DNA of 63,939 nt, counting the filler, from Rhabdomonas costata (taxonomy: Eukaryota): the NCBI GenBank assembly GCA_019059605.1. It is 54 parts of 54 records of this genome, joined end to end, with 100 filler letters (N's around TTAATTAATTAA, not from the genome) between each part and the next. Parts side by side here need not be neighbours in the genome. Positions count along the whole stretch, not along the records: positions 11,862 to 12,947 come from JAHMHO010029342.1; positions 13,048 to 14,133 come from JAHMHO010029343.1; positions 14,234 to 15,319 come from JAHMHO010029344.1; positions 15,420 to 16,505 come from JAHMHO010029345.1; positions 16,606 to 17,690 come from JAHMHO010029346.1; positions 17,791 to 18,876 come from JAHMHO010029347.1; positions 18,977 to 20,060 come from JAHMHO010029348.1; positions 20,161 to 21,246 come from JAHMHO010029349.1; 46 more parts are not named here. The stretch is one strand, 5' to 3'. Shown piece after piece: positions 12,006 through 22,243 of the stretch (its first letter is position 1; the number at the start of each line of letters is the position of its first letter). Under the pieces are notes generated by a model, which was not told the origin of the DNA, ran no database searches, and worked only from the letters and a program-made list of their open reading frames with translations. A program made the translations under genes and the position numbers.

Positions 12006-13588
12006 CTGGAGGAAAGGGGTGGGGACAGATGAAGGCGCCAATTCGCAAAAACAGCATTTATGGCATGTATCAAAACATTAAAGTCTCTGAAATTACAATA
12101 AATGTTCACTGAACACTACAAATTGCTGTTTTGATTACTCTCCAAAACAATTGATCAGTACTGCGAAAAACCCTTCAGATACCTATCAAGAAGTGTTTCA
12201 CGGAAGTTGTCAGGAACGTAACTTCTGCAACGTGTACATATGCAAGCAAACTGTAGAAAGTCCCCAACGTCTATATAAGTTGAAATTTCTAAAACAAAAT
12301 ACGCAGTTGTTATTAGTGCTGCACACTTTGTTGACAATAGCTGAAGTGTCTCTTTTGGATACGAATTTTACTTAATGTGCTTTTGACTTCATTTGACTGA
12401 AAGCTGCGTGAGCGGTAACTTAAGCAAAATATGCGCGGATATATTTAGTGTTGAGTGTTGAGTGTTTCGTGTCCACATCAGTATCAGTATCGCAGATAAT
12501 AATGTTTGCCAGTGTTAATGACACCATTCTAAAATATACGTTAGATGGATAAAATGGGTTAAATGGATTACCGCACAAAAAGTCACACATATATCCCCCC
12601 CCAAGAACTACCCCAAAGGCGGTGCCAATCAAAGTGCGGGGGAGGTGTGTCTTGTTGACTGCTTGCTTGCTAACTGTTTACACGAGTGCTATTATCTTAA
12701 GGTCTTCACCTGTTGCTGAGCAACTGGGGAGAGGTTTAGTTCAGGAAAAAGGCCTGTCCACGGTGTTTTGCCGAGGCGCATGGCCGTTGCAGGCAAGGAA
12801 CAAGGATCAAAACGGCGCTGACAATTCACGGACGAGTTCTTGAACAGAACAGCGACACACACAAAGGTGCTCGTCTTCCATTCCGATTTCGTTGACTGAT
12901 TTTCGCACACGTCCCCCCTTCGTCCCCCCTGACTTCAAACTACCACANNNNNNNNNNNNNNNNNNNNNNNNNNNNNNNNNNNNNNNNNNNNTTAATTAAT
13001 TAANNNNNNNNNNNNNNNNNNNNNNNNNNNNNNNNNNNNNNNNNNNNGTGTGTGGGGGGGCCTCCCCAAATGTGCTGGACCTCTTCTTTCTTGGAGGCAT
13101 GTCTCGCCACCGACCGCCCTGCTCGCCAACACTCCGATGCCTCTCCCTGAAAACTGTTGTCACCGAGTGGCACACGCATTTTTAGGGGTGACGCGAAGGA
13201 AACAGTTACTTCTTGAAACTCTAAACCTTACCCAACACCAACCCGACCTCCCGAAACCTAGCACCTTCTTCGGTTCAACACATTGTGACCGATTTCTTCT
13301 TCTTTGGAATGTGGGAGGGGGAATGCGTCACGCCACGTCAGCCAGCGGAGGTTAGAGACGATTCCAACCCGAGTCACCTGGTGTAGAGGTAGAAGTGACC
13401 CCAGGTATGTGTTTGTGAATTTTTCGCAATCAGTTATACCTTCGGCAATACCTTCAGTTATCCTGTGTACTAAACTTTTCTTTTGACAAGCCAAGGATCG
13501 GCTGAAACTGAGCGAGAAGAGGAAGCTCGAGTATTCTGGACGGCTTCGGACGTGCTTATCGCCACACCACGCATACTACCGCTCACAG

Positions 13589-13699
13589 CTGGCGTGACGT
13601 GTGGCGACGCCAATTACACCTGCCCCGATGGCTCCGTTCCCATGCTGCCTTCCACCCTGTGCTCCTCACCATTCTGCAATGACACGGACTGCTGCGCGG
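13589..13699 (+). CDS. Cys-rich module exon (phase 1-1), probably extracellular
   Basis: ctcacag| GVTCGDANYTCPDGSVPMLPSTLCSSPFCNDTDCCA |gtgcgt; homologous to 14667-14774. Confidence 0.8.
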
Positions 13700-14666
13700 G
13701 TGCGTTGACCTCCACGCATCCCATCCTTCAACCCCCGCACTTTTGTTGTCTTTCGTGGGGTCGATTGCTCAACGACGAAGCGTTATTTCCTGAGAGGGTA
13801 CAAAAAAGTTTTACCTAACCCCTCTCCCCCAAGGGGTCAATGTTAAGGAAGTGTAGTTGCGCATCCCCACGCAGGGACCTTAGGGGCGAAAGATGACCAT
13901 TTATGCGCAGTTTTTGATTCGTTTTTTTTTGGGGGGGGGGGAGGGTGGGGTTGGAGTTGTATCGATCCAAATAAATCAATTGAGCTAGTGGCGTTTTTGT
14001 TTACCCTTTTTAATTCCAGCTTTCTCAATGCAAAACAGATGAGATGGGCGTGGTGGTGCTTCCTTAGCGAAAACCTTTTAAACATTTGACTCCGCTCCAA
14101 CTACAACCCCCCCCCCGCGAAAAAAAAAAATAGNNNNNNNNNNNNNNNNNNNNNNNNNNNNNNNNNNNNNNNNNNNNTTAATTAATTAANNNNNNNNNNN
14201 NNNNNNNNNNNNNNNNNNNNNNNNNNNNNNNNNGGTGGGTGGTGGGGTCCAACGCAGTAGTCACACTGCTGTGCCGTAGCAACCATTGCAGTCGTCTGGC
14301 AATCGGTGGGAAAGGGTATTCTTTGTGAAAGGAAAGGATCAATTTTGGGATTCTCAGATACGTTCTCAGAATTTGATTGCTCTTGATCTTGATTCTTTTT
14401 AGCGGCGGGACAATTTGCGCGCGATTTTTCATTGGCACACTGCCAGCATCTTTTTCGGATCTTTTGTTTACTTACAAGGGAGGGCGTTGTTGCTCTCGTG
14501 TTTTTTCAGTTTTTTTCACGACCGCTGCTTTTATATGTGGACCGCCGCTTTGGTGTGATGCTTTATTTACGTAAGCCCCGGAAGCATTTTTGGACATTTG
14601 TTGTTGAGTGAAGTTCTTTGTTTTGGTTTTGCTCTGGTCTATGCACTATGGGGGCTTCCATTTCAG

Positions 14667-14774
14667 CTGGGCCGACATGTGGTGTTGACTACGTGTGCCC
14701 GACGGGATTCACTCGGAAGGACACCACCACGCGCTGCGCTTCGGCGGCTTGCAATCTGACGGACTGCTGCACTG
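14667..14774 (+). CDS. Cys-rich module exon (phase 1-1), probably extracellular
   Basis: atttcag| GPTCGVDYVCPTGFTRKDTTTRCASAACNLTDCCT |gtgcga. Confidence 0.8.
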
Positions 14775-15022
14775 GTGCGACAAGATTCTTCCTGAAATAA
14801 CCACCACGGCAATGTTGGTCTTGTTTCTCTTTTTCGGGTGCACATCGTGCTGATTTTTCTTCAAATTACCACCACGGAACGGTGGTCGCGCTCCTCTTTT
14901 TCACCGTCACGTCAATCGAAAGAAGATATCGCGTGTGCTGAAGCGTTCGTTGTTTTGTAATAGGTATTTTTAGCAGCAGCGGAGAAAGCGTGACGGCCTT
15001 CACTTCCGCCTGCTTTCGATAG

Positions 15023-15202
15023 TGGTGACTTGTGCGCTGCCAAGCTCGCTGCCCTTGGGGTATTCGTACAACGGCACGGGGTGCAAGGGAAACGTCTCTG
15101 CTTACGACTGTGGGGGGCTTTCGTGTGCCTCGGGCTACAGCGGTAGCCCCAGAGTGAGCTGCAACACCCCGAACGGGACGTTCACGCTGGAGGGCTGCAA
15201 CG
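15023..15202 (+). CDS. Second type of Cys-rich module exon (loosely sushi-like, phase 1-1), same gene as 14667-14774
   Basis: ttcgatag| VTCALPSSLPLGY...GLSCASGYSGSPRVSCNTPNGTFTLEGCN |gtagcc; 180 nt; phase matches upstream exon. Confidence 0.75.
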
Positions 15203-17048
15203 GTAGCCAGCTTACTGCTCGCAAACGACTGCGCGCTGTGCGACCTACCTTTTCCTGATTGTTGATTGTTATAGTGATACACCAAAAAACAAAAAATAGG
15301 AATGAAAATTCCCCAACCCNNNNNNNNNNNNNNNNNNNNNNNNNNNNNNNNNNNNNNNNNNNNTTAATTAATTAANNNNNNNNNNNNNNNNNNNNNNNNN
15401 NNNNNNNNNNNNNNNNNNNTGTGGAAAGCCAGGAATAAGCTGCGCCGCCAAAGCTTAGGGGATGGGGTGGGGGACAGAGGCTCATTGCAGCATCCTACAC
15501 GGTGTTGCTGTACTCACCACGGTGTTGTCACCGTCTCCCAACATCGAGTTAGCGGACTTCCGAAAATCTTAGCTTTCACAGTGGTTGCGGATCGAGCCAA
15601 ACGAAGCATCGGTTTTCCGGTTAAACTCGGTGCTGACTCCTTGTTATACACAGGTGTGTGCAGTCAGATGCAAAATACCAAGCCGCAAGCCAAGCCCAGT
15701 AGCCGCTGCATCTGGAGCCCAGCTAGCAGAACACAACTAAGCAAACAGGGAACCGGAAGGCAGGAGATGCATTGGGGGGGGGGGGGCGGCAAACGACCCC
15801 AGTTATTCCGAGTTTCTCCCGCTTACCATGCAACACCCAAACGTGAAAGCCGCCTTTTGGGAGTCGCCTTACCGAACTCTGCACTGATGCACGACACCAG
15901 AGTTGCAGCTGAGGATTCGCGGGAAAGAAAGGAGGGCAAAAGGAGAGACAGAAGGGACGGAGGACAGAAAGGTTACCGCGCGACTTTCATGGCGTCGGAG
16001 TCCTGCAGAAAGAATGACAAAGCAAAAAAAAAAAGCAGAGCCTCACGTAGAGCACTGAAGGAATGTCCTTAAAAAAGGTGCCGATCTGAAACGGAGGATT
16101 ACACAGTGTGTCTTCTCAGACCAGTTTTGGCCACACACACACACACACTCCGTGCACAAGAAATTGCACTGGTGGAGGTCTTTTCTGTCACCCACGGGCC
16201 TTCAGATAGTCTCCCGCTGCCTGGTTCCTGGTGCCTGATTCGCGCTTTGAGACTCTTCTTCAATTGCTCTTCTCCGTGGGTCGAGTGGGAAAAGACATAG
16301 ATCTCTATGTCTATTTTCCCGAAGTTGAGGCAGCACATCTATTCCGATAGAGCAGCAGTCTAAGGCTACAAAAAAGCCGAGAGTCAGACACACACACCAT
16401 CAGCCCCGTCGAGCCGGGCTGGGCAGAAGACGCCGCGGCAGAAAAGGGGATCTCTCCAGCAACCGTTGGGGCGGCAGACTCCCCCTGCACATCCCCACAA
16501 AAACANNNNNNNNNNNNNNNNNNNNNNNNNNNNNNNNNNNNNNNNNNNNTTAATTAATTAANNNNNNNNNNNNNNNNNNNNNNNNNNNNNNNNNNNNNNN
16601 NNNNNTGTGGTGGGGACGTTGCCTGGGGGTAGATTTCAATACTACGTGGCGATAAGCGTCAACCGAAGCATGTAAACTAGTGTCTGGATGGGCCGGGCCC
16701 CCGTGGTTTAGTTTCGGCACCCATCGCATTCGTATAGCCATTTATCGGTGTTACACCGTTTAAAGCCAAACCAGACCCTGACCCAGCAGCTCTGGCACAC
16801 TGTGGTAGCCGCAGAGAACGTCTCGGTGGCTGATGATTGTGTGCAGAGCAAAATATAAAACAAAAAAGATCCAAAGAAAACAGCTTGGACGACCGACAGA
16901 AAACTTTTCTTTGGAAAACCCTGCACCCGGCTTATTGAGCGCCCGGAGGATTTACGACGGCACCCACAACGTGTGTATGAAATCCCACCTGCCTATCCCG
17001 CGGTATACACAGGACAATTCGTTGGATATACGGTCTTTTCCCCAGATA

Positions 17049-17073
17049 TTTTTCTTCTCGTTTCTCATTCTAG
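17049..17073 (+). promoter_or_regulatory. Polypyrimidine tract plus AG acceptor 26 nt upstream of the ArfGAP ATG (candidate trans-splice site)
   Basis: tttttcttctcgtttctcattctag followed by a short UTR and ATG at 17100. Confidence 0.5.
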
Positions 17074-17099
17074 TTCTGCTTTAATTTCTTTGCGGTGGT

Positions 17100-17204
17100 A
17101 TGGCTACGTCGGCCAGGCAACGGGCGTCATCGAAGCTTCGCCAGGATGTCCAGGCTCTGGTGCATCAGGAAGGCAATGACGTCTGCATGGACTGTGGCAC
17201 AAAG
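17100..17204 (+). CDS. ArfGAP-domain protein, first coding exon
   Basis: MATSARQRASSKLRQDVQALVHQEGNDVCMDCGTK contains the ArfGAP start NxxCxDCG; |gtgtgc donor. Confidence 0.85.
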
Positions 17205-17529
17205 GTGTGCATTGAGCGAGTTTTTCTTCGTTGTCAGCCTTTGGTAACTTTTCTTTTCATAAATTCGCTCATTTCTCGGGGGCCAAGCGCCTCCGGTTTT
17301 TGAGTGCGAATGAGAGCAGACCCCAGACCCGCTTCCCAGGTGTTCCATTCATTCAAAGTCTCTCAACGCATTCTGTCCCGTGTTTTGCGGCCAAGGTACT
17401 GTCGAGGTGTTTTCTTTTTGACCATGCCTGAGAATTTTCGCGGTGGAAGCTCCATCAACGAAGATGCGCAGAAGAACTTTGAGTTGAATGCTTGGGGCGG
17501 TGCGCTTCTACAAATGAAACTCCCCACGA

Positions 17530-17572
17530 GAAAGGAAAGGAAAGGAAAGGAAAGGAAAAGAAAGGAAAGGAA
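17530..17572. repeat. (GGAAA)n microsatellite
   Basis: About 8 units with one variant. Confidence 0.9.
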
Positions 17573-19462
17573 GTTTTTTTTTTTGGGAGTTGTGAGCATG
17601 AGGGTACATTTGAACAAACTGGCTTTTGGAATTCTCGTTCACAAAAGCCAGTTTGTTCAAATGTACCCTCATGCTCACAACCCCCAAAAANNNNNNNNNN
17701 NNNNNNNNNNNNNNNNNNNNNNNNNNNNNNNNNNTTAATTAATTAANNNNNNNNNNNNNNNNNNNNNNNNNNNNNNNNNNNNNNNNNNNNGTGCTTGGGG
17801 TTCGGTGTGTGGGTTGCCAGGAAGTTGATGATGAGCTGCGGCGAGTCGGTCGCGCTACCTCACTCTAGTATTATTCGAGTGGAATTCTAGTTCATGTGTG
17901 TACGATGTTGGGAGGCCATCCCTTCTGAATTCTCTTCCCCTAGCGTTGGTCCACAATGTGTCATCGGCCAATTTGGGGGGGGGTAACGGTTTTTTAAGCT
18001 GATGTGGCGCCGTTTTAGGAGCCGTTTTCCTACTGTCTTACTTTCTTCCTTTTACAGCGCTCAGCCTACTTTGCTCGCTGCTCTTTCACTTGCTTACAAT
18101 GGCCGCTGCGGACCCTCCTGACCATGGGCTTTCTCACGAAATGTAAGTGATGTGCTTCCGTGGACATAGTCGTTGTGGTGCATGAATATGGGTGGCGAGT
18201 GCATGGATGCAGTCAGTAAGAGTAGAGTTACATGTTGATGTTGGTTCATCACCAATATTGATTCTGCAGTTCCCCAGTATAATGTCATGCATCAGCGGGG
18301 CATGACGTAACACCGGTTCGCCTCGAATAGCCGTACGAATAGCCGGATGTACAATTTTCGTTCAAACGCGCGCACTCGCCCTCACACTCAAATTTCACTC
18401 AGAATTTTCACATTACATTTCACACCTGCGGGCAGAAAATTACGGAGGGACGCGTGAGGACCGCAGCAATGTTCCCCAAGTGTCACAAGTGTCAGACGGG
18501 GACAGCGCTCGCTCTGCATACCGCCTCCTCACGTCTTCCGACAGGCTGCTCTCTGCCCTCGCCGCGGTATTGCAGGAGGGTCCGTTTGTACACCGATCTG
18601 GAGGGAGGCCACAGGAGGCCGCGGAATCGGTGGCTGAACAGACGCCATCTTCTGCACCCCATTCCGGCATAATCTTCATCCCTCTCCCTCTCTTTATGCC
18701 CTAGCTGCCAAAAGTATTGGTTTTTCTGTTCTCGGAAATTATTTTAGTTGAGCTATGTTTTTGTTCTCAGAAACCGTTGCGTAATGGGATATTAATATAT
18801 CTGCTTTGAGATTTCAAAGCACGATTCAAGCTTTGACCAAGCCCATTTCCTGCGAGCATCCAGTGGCCACAACACANNNNNNNNNNNNNNNNNNNNNNNN
18901 NNNNNNNNNNNNNNNNNNNNTTAATTAATTAANNNNNNNNNNNNNNNNNNNNNNNNNNNNNNNNNNNNNNNNNNNNGGGGGGTTGTTTTCCCTTGTCCAG
19001 TGCCTACGCAGCGGTGCTGAAGCAGCTGCGCGTGGAGGTGAAGGCGGCGCTGATGGGCCTGCCCTTTGTTAGGCGGGCACCGCAGTTCGCTGTCACTTAG
19101 AGGCGATTTGCTGAGAGAAGACACCTTTCGCTGAGGCAATTCTTTCCCCGGTATCCATTCCTTGGGACCTTGTGGGACCCTGCCGATGTGGGGCGCTGCC
19201 GGCTTGGGTTCCCGGTCCCAAGGTCATGCCATCTGTCGAAGCTGGCAGCAGCTGGAATGCTGCAAACGGCTGAGAGAAGTGGCTGGCGCTGCGTCGCTGC
19301 AATGTCGGACTTTCCCTTCGCTGCAGCGGATCGCAAAGCAATTCCTGGGTGCGGTGTGGTTCTTGCGGCGTGTGGGCTTTCCTGAGACTCTTGTACTTTG
19401 GATGGACTCGCTTGCACTGGTGCCGAAGCAGCGGGAGCTGCTTGCTGCTCGTAGAGAGGTGC

Positions 19463-20010
19463 TACTGGACTGAGAAGCGGAAGAGCCTCATCTCTTCTGT
19501 CGCAGAACCTCCGGTGAAACTGCGGCCGACAGTCACGGACTGCAAGCACCCTCCTCTTAGCTCTGAAGAGGGTTGCGCGTGCGCTGGCTGTGCTTGTGGC
19601 AGAAGCCCGAGATCTGGTTCTACAGGAGCAACCGGATCATATGCCATGTGGCAGCTGTAGGCACGCAGTGTAGAGTGGTTGAAATCCTAACAAGGGATGG
19701 TTGGGCTGCGAGGAGTATGGCAGACTGCTTCCTGAACACTCCTCGAGAAGCGGTGCCGGATGCGGTGGAGTACTGGCTTCAGACAGCTCAGCGCTGCACA
19801 CGCAGACAGCCGTCTTTCGCGATCTCCATGGATGAAAAGCCGGCGACCAATCCATTACTGGGAGATCACGGCTGTGCAGCTGCTCGCGGCCTGCGCCTGG
19901 GACCTCGAAAAAGACGACCTTTTTGAGGCGCAGGCTGGGGCTGATGTGAAAGTGCTGCGGCAGCGGAAAGGATTGCCCATTGGGGGGCACTCTCCGCTGC
20001 TTATGTGATC
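19463..20010 (+). mobile_element. Frameshifted Penelope-like retroelement reverse transcriptase
   Basis: Ordered RT-like motifs across shifting frames: YWTEKRK...VKLRPTVTDCKHP; MADCFLNTPREAVPDAVEYWL; WDLEKDDLF...VLRQRKGLPIGGH(fs)SAAY (QxxGxPxG motif). Confidence 0.7.
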
Positions 20011-20230
20011 CGCTGGTTGCGCTGCGGAGAGAACACAACTGTGTGTGTGGCCCAAACCCCNNNNNNNNNNNNNNNNNNNNNNNNNNNNNNNNNNNNNNNN
20101 NNNNTTAATTAATTAANNNNNNNNNNNNNNNNNNNNNNNNNNNNNNNNNNNNNNNNNNNNGTGGTGGGTGTGGTTGGTGTTTTTTGGGACCGAAGAGTGA
20201 CTGGCGGTTTTGTTGTGTACCGGTGTGTAG

Positions 20231-20378
20231 GGCACTCGGGCTGAAGGGAATTGACCGCCTGCCCACCGCCTCGACATGCTTCAATCTTCTCAAGCTGCCC
20301 CCATACAGCACTCGAAAGCAGCTCAAGGAGAAGTTGCTGTACGCCATCAACGCAGGGAGCGGCTTTGAGCTGAGCTAA
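20231..20378 (+). CDS. HECT E3 ubiquitin ligase, last exon (UBE3B/UBE3C-like C-terminus)
   Basis: gtgtag| ...[41 protein letters not shown]; catalytic Cys motif and GFELS end. Confidence 0.95.
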
Positions 20379-21077
20379 CTCGGAGCCCAGCTGGCGTAGT
20401 TGTACAGCGCTCTTGTCTGGCTGTTCTGCATCCTACTCCTGACGTACTCACTGCGTGCGAGGAGAAGGTGCTCGAAGTTGGAGCCTCCCGGCTGGTGCCG
20501 TTGCCGATGTCGATGCCGATGCTGGGGCAATTTCTTCGGCAACTGAAGCTTCAGCTGTGGTGTATTTGTATACTTGGGGAGAGTTTGGTTGCGCTGTAGT
20601 GACACGACTGTGCCGCAAAACAGTCGTGGCCGCTCGCCTTTTCGCGGCCTTCTGGTGCATTTTTGCTTGTTAGCAAAGGCAGGCTTGGTCGACTGCTGTC
20701 TCGAGGATATGCTTACTGCTCTGGGTGGGATGATTTTCGCTGTTAAAGCCAGACGGGCAGGAGAACGTAGCTGAAAGCACTGTACACTTTGAATGAACCG
20801 AAACCAGTGACGATGATCAAACCCTGTCCGAGGAGGAGGAGATCGTTTTCTGATGTTGAGCAAGACACTTGCATTCGAAGGTCCTCGTGGTTTCTAAGAC
20901 CTGCACGGGCATTAAATAAATCAATGACCTAATTAGGTCCTTGTTCCATTGATAGACATCCGCATGGATGTGAACGCACTCTGTTATACTTGGCTTTCAC
21001 AGGGCTTTCTGTGTCCCCCTGTGGTGGTGTACGCCTCGCCTTCTTGAGGTGTGAGGCGTGCCCTCCGCTTTTCCAGA

Positions 21078-21223
21078 ATGTCTTTTCTCACAATTCTGAT
21101 TGTGCTTGGGGTGCTGCTCGTGGCCTCGATTGTGGTTGGGAGCCACAAGGTCTACCGCTGGCCCATGGCTGCGATTATTGGCTTGATCCTGCTGGCCGAG
21201 CTCGTGACCTACAGCGTCGTTAG
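21078..21223 (+). CDS. Probable first exon of a membrane protein; resembles the N-terminus of patatin-type TAG lipases
   Basis: cttttccag|aATG; two hydrophobic segments; YRWPMAAIIGLILLAELVTYSVVR; |gttctt donor. Product call is weak. Confidence 0.5.
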
Positions 21224-22218
21224 GTTCTTCCCCTTCCCCACCAACCNNNNNNNNNNNNNNNNNNNNNNNNNNNNNNNNNNNNNNNNNNNNTTAATTAATT
21301 AANNNNNNNNNNNNNNNNNNNNNNNNNNNNNNNNNNNNNNNNNNNNTTGTTTGTTGACGGTCCGACAGGCGAATGCTACCGAGCTAGACCAACCGGTACT
21401 TGCGCTGTTCGCCAGGTGCCTTTTGCTCAACAACAAGAAGGAAGAGTTAATGTTTGTGCAACTCTTTTGTCCCTGACTCATGCCCAACCTGTTGGAATTT
21501 AGTAGAAATGTGGTTGTACTGTAAAGCTTTGCTTTTACGCCTCAGCTTTTCTTTGGTTTCATTCCCTTATGGCCAGCTCGGTCCGCAAGCCATGGACTTG
21601 GGGTGAATTGGATGCACTTTCTGAGGCATTGCCTGCAGCGGTTTTGGCCTTTTCTTTAAGCTCTGTGTCCAAGAAATTCATCTATAAGCGTTTCTTTTCT
21701 AACGTTTCTAACGTGCGTATTTTCCTTCATTAACCCGTTTTGCTCTTCACTTTTTAAAGACTGAGCAAAGTATATCTTGACTGCATCCTTCACCTTGTCA
21801 GTATTTTTTCTTTGATGAAGTTAGTTGAGGCTGGGACATTTACATTTACATTTACAAATTCATGAGAGGGTTTTGGTCACAACCGCAGGTGAATGTTGCG
21901 GTTGTTACAGGGGTTTCCAACCAAATTATTGCTCTTAGGCGGCCTTGCGAAGCCGGGCGCGGTCTTCTCGCCTTCGCTTGAATGAAAGCTATGTGGAAGC
22001 AGACAAGCTGCGCCAGGCTCAAGTGTGTGTGTGTGGGGGGTCACATCCTCTGTGAAACTCGTTGTCCTTGTACACCACCAATGCACCAATGGGTCGTCGA
22101 AATAAATTGAATGGATTGGAATCGGGCTAAGCCAAAGCAGGCCTATTGTCTTTTATATATTCAGCAGACCTCCCGAAACGCTGCGTGGTCCTTTGCTGTG
22201 GGCTGTGCCACCTCACTT

Positions 22219-22243
22219 GGTTCGACACCGGTCATAGGCACCA
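22219..22243 (+). other. tRNA 3'-end-like motif with CCA (an LTR-retrotransposon PBS-like sequence on the minus strand)
   Basis: GGTTCGACACCGGTCATAGGCACCA = T-loop, acceptor strand and CCA; minus strand reads TGGTGCCTATGACCGG. Confidence 0.45.

Noticed and set aside
18385-18410. ttctgagtg on the minus strand as a euglenid spliced-leader gene
   Set aside because: Only a 9-nt match to the leader as I recall it, with no downstream T-run, donor or Sm site
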